This document shows positions 1-12,350 of a stretch of 64,000 nucleotides of DNA, piece after piece. Below the pieces are notes generated by a model that worked only from the letters and a program-made list of their open reading frames with translations, made no database searches and was not told where the DNA came from. A program made the position numbers and the translations under genes. Location: NCBI GenBank assembly GCA_001244265.2, contig CDLV01000015.1, positions 434,001-498,000 of the forward strand, given 5' to 3'. Positions within the stretch are counted from its first letter, which is position 1, and each line of letters starts with the position of its first letter. This DNA comes from Microbotryum violaceum (taxonomy: Eukaryota).

Positions 1-1289
1 TCAAATCCTTGCAGCAAAAGCCGAAAAGACCATGGTCTAGGCGGTGGCGGTCCCACAGCACCGAACGGTGGAAGGCTTCAATGCTGGCGCAATCAGCCTT
101 ACGCTACTCTCGTCTTGAGCGCCTCAGACTTATCCTTGTCCTCGATCGGGCGGCCACCGTAGCCCAGAACGAGTCCTTCGCCGTCCTCTTTAGAAGCTCG
201 GTACGTCCCGTGATAGGCAGGGACTCGGAGTAAAGCGCGGACATTGCTCGGCAGTCGAGGGAAGACGTATACGTAGAACAACGCTTCACAGACCCCTTGG
301 GGGACCTCTACGCCCCGGAATTTCTTGAGTACCACGGGGTGGTCTGTTGGGATCCCGATTCATCACCCGCATCAACCAACGGAACTTGGGCGACCACACT
401 TGCGCGCTCGTCACCGAGATCGTTTTTGCCTGCGTCCTTGGTACCGGAGTGGTCCATACGCGACATCCTGGCCATCTACAGGTCGACGCGTTAACAACTC
501 TGGACGCAGGCAGACACGATCTCGGTGACGAGCGCCCCGAGTTATGCAGCCAATCTATCGGGATCCTGCACAGGAGAAACGAGGAGGAGCCAACCACTGC
601 AGGCCAACATGGGCGTAGACGTTGATGGCTCCTAGTCGTGTGCCATGCCACATCAGGAACGCGTTGGAGTCGGTCAATGTGAACATAATCGCAACAAGGC
701 AGGGTGATGGTATGGAGATAGATGATCTTTCCGATTCGTGTATGCTGACGGTAGGGATTGCTTGGGCAGGTGTGGGCAGTTGTTCAAGTAGAGCGCACCG
801 AGTACGCGTCAGGCCATGGCCCGCCCCGATCCGACGCGCCCTGACGTCACTGACGTACTGACGACTGACTTCCTGACGCGCCAGTGAAAATGAGCGGCAA
901 GGGTTGGCACTGGCTATACCAGTCGAGTAGCCCGCCGCCAAATGTTACTCGTTTTCAAGAGCTGCGAGAGACCAAATCAGGCCTGAAATACCAACTTGAC
1001 GATACTATTGCCACGTTTAGGCGAGAGGAGAGGCAGTTATTGTTCTGTAGGCCACCTGACGCAAGCTATCGGTCGAGAAGTGGTTCCAGGCTGCAGCAGC
1101 CTAAGCAGCCGTCGGACACAAATTACAAATTACAAATTAGCGCGAGGTCGCCGTGTGGGGCGGGCCCACGCCGATTTGGCCGACTTGAAAAATGAAACTC
1201 CTATTGGATGGACAACAACAACAACACCAACAACGCCAGCCATGCTGTTATACCACCTCTTCGCCCTGACCCTCCCGATCCTCCCGGCT

Positions 1290-2640
1290 AAGCCCCCGCC
1301 ACCACCACCAAATCATACTCCGCCGCGGTCGGCGCCCGCTCCGCTGCGAAGCACGGAAACGCCACCGCCAACGCCTCGACTGCCGTCGCCGCCCATCCAC
1401 TGATGCACAACATCGAGAATTGTGTCATCATCAACACCCCACCCTCAACCTCGGTCGAGCAAGTCCTCCTCGCGCTTGACAAATACTACCCTGGCCTTAC
1501 CGGCGCAATGCCATGCGTCATCAAGGGTCAGCGCGGCCTCCGCTTTCCCAAGGCCGCCGATCTCGACACCCTGGTGGCCAACGGCCTCATTGTTGGCAAG
1601 ACTCTGTGCAAAGTCGAGAAGCTGTACAGCTCTACTAGAGGAGGTGTTGTACAATGCACCCTTACGGGCTTTTTCTCCGACCCCGAGGGCCTCTGCCTAT
1701 TCGATGAGCAGATCGCTGCCTATGGCACGGTCCTCCGTCGTCGCATCCAATACATTGGAAAGACGAAACACATCTCTGGGGTGTACGACTTTATCCTTGC
1801 CCTTAAGGATGTAGATGTTTTGCTCCCTGCCTCACTTTCTATTGCTCGTGACGGTGTCACTGAGCGAATCCCACTGAGGATCACCGGTGGCATGCGCCAC
1901 TGCGTCTTCTGCCGTTCCGCGGCTCACGTCCGTAAGGTTTGCCCCGTCGCCCCGGCGTGCAAGTCCTGCGCGAGCACCTCGCACGCCACCCAGCACTGCC
2001 CGGCCCGTCATGCGTCGAGCCCCCAGGGACCCCCCACGTCACGTGCCCCGCAAGCCTCCACCGTTACCACCGCCGCCCCCACCGCCGTGTCCAAGTCGAT
2101 CTCCCCGGCCTCCGCCCACGACCGCATGACCAAAAAACGTCGAGTGGAACAGGATCTGGCAGCCCAGACTGAAGATCTGCCCAACAGAGCTCAGCCCGAT
2201 TCTCTGTCAAAGAATGCCCGCCCCGAATTCTCCTTCAATTTCCCTTGCAAAATGCCACTCCTCCTGCCCCCCAGCCTGCCTCCAATCAGGGAATTGCCTA
2301 CTCCCTCGTTGAAAAATCCTCCGAGTCCCCCAGCTCAGAGACCACTTCTCCATCCCCAAGCCCTCCTCCGGCCACGCCAAAGTCGATCATAACTCGATCC
2401 AAGCCGATTGCCGCCCTTTCCAAGCCAGCCACTCGTGAAGCCCCTCCCACTGCGCCTGCCCTCGAAGCCTCCGAGCCGAGCCCCGAGCCGTCTTCGCCCA
2501 CGCCGTTGCCCTCAGCCGCGCCCAAAGCCCGACCCGATGACGCCGACACCGACGACGAGGCCGACGAAGAAGCCGAAGACCAAGAAGCACCTCCTAAGGA
2601 CGTGGAAGACGCTGTGGACCAAGATGACGAGCACAACTAA
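1290..2640 (+). pseudogene. LINE ORF1 (gag-like nucleic-acid-binding protein), frameshifted
   Basis: KSYSAAVG motif lies upstream of and in frame with Met1403. Zinc knuckles CVFCRSAAHVRKVC and CKSCASTSHATQHC are present. The frame changes near 2243 into an acidic-tailed ORF ending TAA at 2640. Confidence 0.8.
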
Positions 2641-5600
2641 AATCCCAAACGTGTCTTTTGTTGCTGCCAACGTGCAGTCAATCAATGAAGACCGTAAGCG
2701 TGCCTCTCTTTTCTCCAATCTCCGCTCCCATAACGCCGACGTCTTTCTCCTGAGCGAAACTGGCCGACCTTCCCCCGAAAGGGTGGCCCAGTGGACTCAG
2801 GAGTGCCAAGACTTAAAGCTCTCCGCTCTTTTCACTCCTTTCAACAACACTGCCATACTTTGGAAGAGTGACTCCGTGGTCATTACTTTTGATCCCGAGT
2901 CGCCTCCAAACACTCTTCGTGCCTCTTTCTCTTTCCCGGACCGAGTCACCGACGCCACCTTTTGTGTGGGTGATTCCAAAGTCCGGGTTGTATCAATATA
3001 CGCGCCTTCCTCCGACAAGCCAGACAAAAAACGCTTCCTCTCACACCTCAGCACCGCCCTCCGACAAGTTGTACGTGACGAACCCTCGCCGCCTGCGCTC
3101 CTAGTCGGGGGGGACTGGAATTGTGTTGAGTCCCAGCCCCTCGATTCGGAGAACCAAAACGGAACGGATTATGGGGGTCAGGAGATGCGCGACCTTGCCA
3201 CGGCCAACAATCTTTTCGACGCCTATCGGCTCCATCATCCCAAAGGACGAGCCACGACGAGTCGCTCAGCGCCCGGCACGTGCCGTCGCCTTGACTGCAT
3301 CTATGTCTCGCCTGATTGGGTCGACCTCTTCCATGATCAAAAAATTTGGGCTCCTGTCCTCAAATCGACGCACTCAATGGTTGTGGCACGGTTCCAAGTG
3401 CCGGGCGCAATCGACATCGGTCCGGGCAAATTCAAGCTGGGTTTGCACGTGATCGAGGGCGACGCGACCTGCGAGTACCTCACCTCCATTGTCCGCACCC
3501 TTTACAACAAAGCCCTCCTCCAGACGCCCAACGATCCACCAGCAGCTTGGACGTCCACCAAACACCGCCTGCTGCCCGAGCTGCAGGCCCTGGCCCGGAC
3601 TTTCGCTCGGTTCCGTCGTGGCGGGTCGGAGCAAGAGAGGGCTGACCACTCGCGCTACGGCGCGGCCCTGCGGTCCCGCCTCGACCCATCTCTGGCGGGT
3701 CCCTCTTCCATCTTCATCCGCCTGCGCAAAGTGCGAGCATCCGACCTGATCCCTTCGCTCACGGTCAACGATGTTGTTCATTCCGACCCTGATTCGATGC
3801 TTGGAGCGGCCAGCGACTACTTCGAGCGGGTCTATGAGGACCGCCCCATCGATGACGCGGTCCTGAAGGCGATCATCGACGGCCTCGCTTCAACTCGCCT
3901 CTCCCCCGCGGACTCACTCAAGCTCGAGGAAGCGTACCCGTTGGAGGAGATGACAAAGGCTCAAGCTGCGTTCCTCTGCGCCGTTGGCCTCGGCCCCAAA
4001 GCCCGCCAATGGTACCGAGCGACCTACACCAACCAATCTGCCTCGATCTTCCTCAACGGTTGGCTCTCTGCCACTTTCGACATCCTGTCGGGCGTTCGGC
4101 AAGGTGATCCTTTGGCTCCGTCTCTCTTTCGTCCTGACGATCGAAGGTTTTGCCTGTCAGATTCGATTGAGAGTCAAGGGCATCGATATTGCGGGCCTCC
4201 AAAACGTTCGCGAACTCCTTTTTGCCGACGACGCTTGTTGCGCACTCCACAACCTCTCGGACCTCGACCACCTCAATCGGGCGATCGAGCTTTACGAACG
4301 GGCAAGTGCCAGCAAGCTCAGCAACGTCAAATCTTCCTCTACCCCTTTGGAGCTTTTCGGGATCGGTCGATCGCCCCAGATCTCGGGACCTGGCGTCTCA
4401 GCGATTCGCAGTTTCGCTACCTTGGTATTCAGGTCGGGGTGGAGATCGCCGAGGATGCGGGCTGGGAAGATGTCAAGGCCTTGACCATCGCTCGGATACG
4501 CTCGATTCCGATGTACGATCTCCCATTTGCAGCCAAGTGTTCGATCATCAACATCTACTGCTACACAAAGATCTTGTACTACAGCCGATTCCTTCCCGCC
4601 CCCAAGAGCGTTGTCAAGGAAATCGAGGAGGCCGCCATGCTCGCCATTCACGGTCGAGCTTCGGATGGTACTCAGCGACGTCCGAAGGTCTCCCGGTCGC
4701 GCCTCTGCACCCCTCTTGATCACGGCGGCTTCGGTTTGATTGATCTGCCTCGGCGTCTAGCAATCGATCACGCGAAGTGGGTCTTCCAGCTCCGGGCCCC
4801 GGACGGCTGCTTCACACGCCACCTCTTCGACATCCGCATCCGCCTCCAGGCACCAAACGAACCAACCCCTTTCACCTTGTCCAGACCGGCCCCCAACCAG
4901 CATCGTTGCCCTTGGATTTGGATCTGGTGGGCTTACTTTTGCCATCCTCCCCCAAAGTGGGACCATGCGGTGAGAAAAACAACAAAACTTCTTCCTGCTC
5001 GTTGGGTCCGATACTTCGAAGCCTGGGCGTTGGTGACCACGCTCAATCCCCCGGAACTCTCCAAGAGCCAGAACCTCGAGCAATGGGCGACGCACGTACT
5101 CTACTTCCCAGCGGGCCACGGAATACAACTCTCGGTAAACCCGACGCTTTTTCGAGGGCCCGATGGCGAGGTGATGACCCCGTCTTCATTTGTGAACGCG
5201 TCCAAACGCCACCAAGTCTTCATCTTCCCCCTTATCTTCTCCAAGGGACACCAGAAGGTATTCGATCTGCCTGAGCAACGCTGGAACGCTTGGTGGAAGG
5301 CTTTGCGCAAGGTTCGCCGGGTTCACTCGGACGCCGAGGATACCGGCCACCTTCTCTCCCTGGGGTCCCTCCATCCGGGAAGCCAAGTCGCCTCCCCAAC
5401 CAGCCCACATCCCAACAATCGATCTACCTCCTGTGTGATGTGCGTCTCGGAAGCACCCGAGTGCCTGGTTCACCTCGCGGTCGGCTGCCCATTTGCCCGG
5501 CGCCTCTGGTCTGCTCTGTCCCCGACCTCCCACCCAGTCTTTATGGACTTTGTATGCCCGGTCGTGTCTCGCTCGGAACGTCGACTTGTCGAACTACGAG

Positions 5601-5740
5601 TCCTCTTCTTTCACTCGATCTGGAAGCTCTGTCGCCGTCGTCGATTCTCGTCGGATCTTTTGGAACCGATCACCGAAACGGAGTTCGAGGGGCTTCGAGC
5701 CTCTATCCAGGAGTCCAAGGGTCGCCTAGTGTCTCTGTAA
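2624..5740 (+). pseudogene. LINE ORF2 (APE endonuclease, truncated reverse transcriptase, zf-RVT)
   Basis: APE motifs ANVQSIN, LLSET, SIYAP, GGDWN, RLDCIY and STH. RT motif GVRQGDPLAP; FADD at 4221-4232 lies in a shifted frame. C-terminal CVMC..E...HL...CP zinc finger. The N-terminal RT motifs are absent after EEMTKA (about 3960). Confidence 0.9.
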
Positions 5741-5896
5741 GACACCAAAGGGGGTTTTAGTGGGTATGGTTGATCCTGGTTCAGGGTCAATGAGTCCTAC
5801 ACTACTGGCTTCTGCCAGTGTGCGTAACAGCATTCCCTCCGACTTTTCCGAAGATTTCTAGGTATTAATATAATTATGCTGTTAATGAAGTCTATC

Positions 5897-5915
5897 AAAT
5901 AAATAAATAAATAAA
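5897..5915 (+). repeat. (TAAA)n tail of the LINE
   Basis: The sequence aaataaataaataaataaa directly follows the element's 3' UTR. Confidence 0.9.
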
Positions 5916-6015
5916 GCGGGCGGTGGGACCGCCGTGCAGAGCCTTGAAACTCGACCTCAGCCTTGCATCTGTTTGCACTAAGCCATACCCCTTCCTCAGC
6001 TCCACACTTCCAGCC

Positions 6016-7200
6016 ATGGCGTCTTCTCGCTCGAACGAAGAGTTGTCCGATTTGCTCGTCAAGGTCAGTCAAATGAACTTATCGATCGCCCTCGTGTGGT
6101 CCAGGAGAGGCCGGGGTTCATGCGGGGAGCGGGGAGCGGATCACGCGCTAAAGCCTTTGAGCTTCAAGTTCGAACGACGACGAGCTGACATTTGACGAAC
6201 GACCTCGATGCTCGAGCAGGCGGCTTTGAATGATCCGGCTATTGCCGTACCGGGGTTCGATGCATCACGAGTTGAGTCCGATAGGCACAGCGCTCGGACC
6301 GCAGCCAGGCGCTCAGCGGGCCCCTCGGATGATGACGGCCGGACTGACTCATCGGTCGTTTACCCCGGATTGCTATTCCCATCTCCAAAAAATCTCTTCA
6401 CTAATCTTTCCTCACCACAGATCTTTGCCCTCATCTCAGTCCTCCTCTCGTCCCCCTCTTCACCGAAGAAGAAGCTCGTCGCGCAAATGAAGACGGTGTA
6501 CCAGTTCAAGATCGAGAATGGGGAGGGCCAAAAAGCCGTTTGGGTTGTGGATATGAAAGTATGTTTGGTATAGACCGAGTCCTATGGAGTATACTTGGGA
6601 TGATGAGACATTCAAAAACCTGATGAATGGTCCGTAATCGTATTCGCTACAGAAACGAGGTCGTGTCCAGGTCGTACCTCAAGGTGAAAAACCGAGCCCC
6701 AAGCCGGATGTGACGATCGAGATGAACGACCGTGATTGCGTTGGACTGGCCACCGGGACGGTGAGTTTGCGTCACCAACGGATGTACTTTAAAAAGGCTT
6801 AGGAGCTTATTCTTGTATAATTTCTGCTCACAGTACAACCCGCAGAAACTCTACGCTGCAAAGGTGGGCCAGCGTCAACTTTCTCCGGAGATCAGTTGAA
6901 GACTCCGGGGACGTAATGGTATTCCGATCGATTCAGACTAAGAATCGATGCTTCATATCACAGCGTGTCAAAGTCCGAGGCAACCTTGACCGCGCACTCT
7001 TGGTCGAGAAGTAAATTTACTCCATCACTTCAGCCATTTTCCCGAGCGAGTCTTTGAGCTGATCCTCTCCAACTATCCTGCTTCTCCATGCCAGAATCAT
7101 CACCCACGAAAGACAAAAGATTGAAAGCTACGCCGACCCACGCAAACGCTCCGGTGATACGGGACGATGGACCAGTGGCGCCGGCAAGGCCAAGCTTTGA
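6016..7200 (+). CDS. SCP2 sterol-binding domain protein, peroxisomal (multi-exon)
   Basis: Spliced protein contains VPGFDASRIF, VYQFKI..WVVDMK, KPDVTIEMND.DCVGLATG, NPQKLY and VKVRGNL. It ends in the PTS1 signal AKL*. Confidence 0.85.
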
Positions 7201-7417
7201 GCTTGGTTAAAGGGGGCTCTGCTGTTTCTTGTATCACCGCCCTCGTGCTGGAGCATTTGTTTCTTCATGCAGCGATCTCTCTCTTTCGCTTGTCCTTATT
7301 GTCTCTCCCTTTTGTCAAATACTATAGCTCATCTCTCGAACCCCAGCCCAAATCCTTTAAAATCCTTGAATTTCATAGCATCGAAGGCCCACCGTGCGCT
7401 TCAAAGAGTTCCATTGT

Positions 7418-10152
7418 TCACAACAACACATAAGCCATACTGAGCACCCCTCTAGGTTTGACATTCTTCTCCCTCGCGACCTGTTCGACCAACTCCTCGG
7501 TGATGCACAATTCCAATACCTCGTCCGGGTCCGCGTGGGTCGTTGCCATCATCGTTGTTGCCCCTTCCCCTTCGGCATCCTTCGATTCTTCGCTCGATAC
7601 CTTATTCGGATCCCTTCGCCATTGCGCCAGACCCGAATCGACCAAAGCGAACGCCACGTCCTCCGGTCTCAGATGTACCTTCTGAGCCAAATCGATCAAC
7701 CCTTTGGGGAACGAATCTTCCTCCTCCTCCTCCTCCTCCTCATCTTCTGCTTGATCAAGTCCTTCTTTGGACGCCTCGGTGCCATTCTCGCGTGAGGGGT
7801 CCCCTCCTCGTGAACTCAAACGTTGGCGTTTACTAGACTTGGTTTCCCCATCCACCGTCGTCTTCGTCGTCGTCGTCTGCCCACCCATCTTACCGTCACC
7901 CACCACCAAAGCGCCTATAAACCCCTTCCCCCTCCCCCTTCCCTTTTTCTCCTCCACTTCCACTTCCACTACCACCCCTCTCCGTCTCTGAAAACAACCC
8001 CTCAAATATCTAACGACCGTACCCGTCCAATAAGTCCTATACGACGCCAACCCGGAAGCGGAAAGTGGTCGCTCGGGCGTTCCGGGCAATCCGGAGGGGG
8101 AGGGAAGCCGACGCGTGATTTCATAACCTTTTGTGTGTGTGTTTTTTTTTTTTTTTTTTGGTTGAAGCGAAGGAGTGGAGCAGGTTGGTGAGGTTAGTGC
8201 TGTTTACCAGAAGAAAGGTGGAGGTCTGTAGCGGGCTACCACTTACTCAATTCGATCAACAACGCGGCCCAACCTTTCGCTCGATAGGGCGGGAACGTGA
8301 CGATACAAGCGAGATTATAATCATCGTACGAGAGTTTCTCCTTGGAGAAATACGCGAGGGGCCAATCTCGGGAAGGTGTGGCGTCCGTGACGACGTAAAA
8401 GAGGAAACCTTCGAGCTGTGGAAAGAGGGGTGATGGCGGGTTTAGGTTGGGTTTGGGTGGTTGGATGGGTTGGGTTGAGTTGTGTGAAGGGGGACTGACG
8501 TCGAAGAACATGTACTTATGCTCGATGAAGAGCTTGCCAAAGAGGCAGAGGTTTTGGCACCATAACTGCAATGTACATACCCAAAGTCAGAGTCAGTATG
8601 CCGCCGACTCTAGAACCTCTGCACGGATGACGTAGAACGAACTTTCTCCACCGCGCCATCGACTTCCCAAATCGTGTGCGCCCCACGTTGATAGACTTTC
8701 TTCCCCGGAGGGTGATGGTACTTGCATTCCTTCTACATGCACCAAGGCAATATTGAACCTATGTCAGAACCCCATCCGATCCCGGCCATCCCACTCAAAA
8801 AAAAAAGAACGTACCAAATGCCTCACCAACGCCGTCGCTTCAAACACGTACTTGAAGCACCCTTCACAGACCCACATCCTCTTGATCGGTTCAGCGAGCG
8901 TCTCCATCTTTGTCGCCAATTTCGAGTTTCGGCCCGTACCGGTTCCATTTGTAGACGTTACCGAACGATCCCTCGTTGATTGACTTGGAGCACGTGGTGA
9001 AGAGTCGTTAGGGTCCGAGACGTGAGCTGAGCCAACAGAACCAGCGGCGAGACGAGCGAGTTGACGACGGCCTCGAACGGTTTCGTGGAAAGGCTTGGAC
9101 AGGAAACGACCTGCTTGACCGCGTTTGGGGAGTTCTGGGGTCGGAGGAGCTACGGTTGCCGCCGAGTTTTTTTCTACTGTTGCTGCTGTTGGTGAGGCTG
9201 GAGTAGGTGTGGTATCCTCTACGGCTGCCGTCGTTGCTGGTTCAGCCGTCTCTATGACCACTCCCTGGCGCGCTTCCTCATCGACGACCGCTTTCGTTTC
9301 CTCAGTCTTGACCATCTCCGAGCCTTGTTCGGACGCGGTACTCGATTGTCGAAAGGACGGACTCGCGACAACGAGCGCGGTGACGATTTCGTCCGCCGAC
9401 GCGTCAGAACTTTCCGATGGTGAAAGCGGGGTAGTGTCTTGCATTGTTGGTTCTTCGACCTTGATCGATGCACTCGAATTCGTCGTCGTTGTGGGCAAGC
9501 CCAATTCAGGGGAAGGTGATCTCGGGACCTGGTTGCTTTGTTGCGACAAGGATGCTTCGGTCAGAGTTTCGGAGCGTTGTGCACTCAAAGGGGCGTTGGG
9601 CCGAGTGACCGGCGAAGAAGGTGAGCTACGGCGTGGGTTCAATCGACTCCGAGTCCGGACGACGGCGGAAGTGCGTGGAGTTGAGGTGGTGGTGTTGGGT
9701 AGGGGCACGCGTTCTTCCAAGGGGTAAGGGGAGGCGTACTCGGTCTTGATCTCGTAGCCGGAGAAGATGACGAGTTCGATCTGGCGTGGTTCGGTCGCTA
9801 CACGCGTGGTCGAGGGCGGGGTCGAGGTGTACGGGCCCAGGTTGGATGAGGAGACGGTGGTGGTCCATGTGTGGCCGTGCTGGAGGAGAAGAGAGAGCCT
9901 GATGAGCCGAATCTCCTTGCGCAATGAGAGGATGTTGTGACTAACCGACTCTCTTTGCCTTGGTCGCTTGGGTGGGCGTACACGAGCAGTCGGAGGTGCG
10001 ACGACACGAGCGAGGGCCGTAGACGAGGCCGGTGGTGCGACCAACGAGGAGGATGACCGTGGTGGGGGTACGATCAACTTGACCGCCAACGTGCAGGGCT
10101 TGGCTTGGGGTACGACTGCCTTGTCAGCTGGTGTTGCCTCGATTCGGTCCAT
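7418..10152 (-). CDS. MYST-family histone acetyltransferase (Sas2/MOF-like; start uncertain, possibly a further 5' exon)
   Basis: C2HC finger CEGCFKY...H...C..HPPG. Motifs WCQNLCLFGKLF, YFSKEK, YNLACIVTFPPY and GTPERPLS. Introns at GT-AG sites. Confidence 0.9.
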
Positions 10153-10399
10153 GGGCCACCGGTAAGCCGAGGAGGACTGTAGAATGTGGGGGGAGAAACA
10201 ACTTCGCTCGTCGGCTCACGCGCGCCCCTTCCCACGACCTAAGAATACTAATGCTCACTTACTAATACTAAAGCGCCTCCCTGGGCCTCCTTGGCGCACC
10301 GAGAGTGTCCCCTCAGCTTCACCTGAGCGTCCCCTCTTTCGACTTCCGACTGCCCATCTCCTTGCCGCACCTTGAACCGACAACACGTGGGCACGCAGC

Positions 10400-12350
10400 A
10401 TGTCGGACCCTTTATCGATCCTGCGCTCCGTGCTCAGTTCGGACCCTTCCTCGCGCATCACCTACCTCGACGCGAGCTCCACCCCGACCACTTCACTCTC
10501 CTCCGCGACCCAGCTCGTCCTCCCCTCCTCCCCACCTACCACTTTCCCCAAAGCGATCCCTACCCGCTTCACTTGCGCCTCCACCACCACTACTTCGGCG
10601 GAGACCTCGACCACGACCACGACCACCACGACCACCACCACCACCTACGATCTCGCCACCTTGGTCTTTGCCTGGCTCTCGCGCGAGCAAGGTGTAGGAG
10701 AATACCTCAAGAACGCTCGCGATGAACAAGTTGGCTTCGTCGCTATCACCGATCGAAGGATCGTGTTGGATTATTTGGCGGGCAAGGCTGGGGAGAGGGA
10801 AGCGGGGGGCAGGATACTGAAAGAGGGGAGCGGTGGGGAGGACCTCGTCGTCGTCGCCGAGGAGGGCAACACCTCTGCGCAAACGACTACAACTGCCGCA
10901 TCAGCCACCCCTTTCGCATCTACCACCCCTCAACCTACTCTAACCACCAGCTCAACCACCACCACCACATCCACCCAAGATAATCGACCTTTGAAGAGAC
11001 CGGCCTACCAAACCGACCAGCAAGACTTTGAACGCGTGAAACGACTGATGCAGATCGTACAGGGTCCCGTGTACGCCAACATCGCACCGGACAACTCCAA
11101 CCTCGAACCGACCGGGTTCGCCATCAAGAATAGAGAGACCGTGTTGAGGGGGGAGAGAACCAACGTGAGCCAGCGCCGAGTCAGCGGTGGAGCCAGCATC
11201 GGTCCAGCGTGGGGTGAACTACCTTCTCTGTGGGGAGGGGCTGATCATTTTCTTTCGGTGTTGATTCCAGAACTTTGAATCCGTACTCACCCTCCTAGCC
11301 CCTCGTCTTAAACTCATCAAAGACAGCCACTTTGAAGCTCGACCCTCGGCTTCGACCTCCACCTCCACGACCCCAGCACCAGGAACGACCCCTTCATCGT
11401 CAGGCAAAAACAGGCGCAAGGCCTTGAATCCCATCATCATGCTTTCACCCAGTGAGACCGCCCTATTGAATCTGTACAACATCAAGGCATTCTTGGAGAG
11501 GTCCCAGTACGTTCTTTGATCGGGCCCAACGCATGGCTCTAGTGATCAGTCAAGAGAACTGACTCCCCTCCCACCCACCCAGATACGTCGAACCCTTGAA
11601 AGCCAAACTCGACGCCGGCGGCGAAGAAACCGACATGGTCATAGTGCATCATGCACGCACCAGTTCCACCATCGCCTCGAGTGTCGAATCGCGAAATGGC
11701 TGGACGAACGATCCGAACGCGGCGTTGAGAGGTGGGGCAGGAGGGGCGAGATATTTCGTCGTGAATTCGGTCGAGGCGTTGGCCAAGTTTGGATCGTTGG
11801 ATGATGCTTGGTTCGTGCGAAACAAAATTTCAACAAAAGATGTGGAAAGGCTCTTGTGGGGACGGAGGGGGGAGGTGCTGACGTGTTGGTCGTGTTTGTG
11901 CTGGCTTGGAACAGGGATCGAGTCGTGTGCGTCATGACCACAGGTCAAGAATGGCAGTTTCGCCCTTACAAATGGCGCGAACCGAAAGAACTGTTCCATC
12001 ACGGTACGTCCCTCTATTCGCTCCCCTACTTTCACCCCGTCATGCACAAGCCCATCCCGAAACGTGCCTTGGAATTTCACAGTCAAGGGCGTGTTCGTGC
12101 AATACACCCACGAAGCGCCGAATCCCAAAGTCCGTTCGTGGAACGTCACTGAACTACGCGTACGTACTCTCCCCCCAAACATAACCTTCTGTCCTCTCTG
12201 TTAAGTCCTCCAACTAACCGTTTCTTCATGTCCGTCCGATCTAAAAAGGTTGATCGTAAGAACAGGCACATTGACAAGTCGACGGTCGCAGATTTCTGGC
12301 GGAGCTTGGACGCGTGGATCGCTATGTACAAGCCCCATTTGCATGTATAG
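10400..12350 (+). CDS. CDC73: PAF1 complex subunit Cdc73/parafibromin
   Basis: N-terminus MSDPLSILR. C-terminal domain PIIMLSPS..ALLNLYNIK.FLE, WDRVVCVMTTGQEWQFRPYKW and RHIDKSTVADFW. Confidence 0.93.

Larger units (their letters stand above)
1166..5915 (+). mobile_element. Non-LTR retrotransposon (LINE, L1/Tx1-like clade), internally deleted and probably non-autonomous
   Basis: ORF1 has two CCHC knuckles. ORF2 has an APE endonuclease, a partial RT and a C-terminal zinc finger. There is a 3' (TAAA)n tail at 5897-5915. The 5' end is inferred only from a candidate 6-bp target-site duplication GCGGGC (1160-1165 and 5916-5921). Confidence 0.9.

Noticed and set aside
46-56. 11-bp reverse-complement match to the LINE 3' flank (GTGGGACCGCC)
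   Set aside because: Short, GC-rich and not extendable, so compatible with chance.
2236-2250. Programmed -1 frameshift in LINE ORF1 at T TTC CCT
   Set aside because: Non-canonical slippery heptamer. The element has several other single-base homopolymer indels, so mutation or sequencing error is the simpler explanation.
8437-8478. Telomere-like G/T-rich tract
   Set aside because: Irregular units inside a short intron of the MYST gene, not a (TTAGGG)n array.
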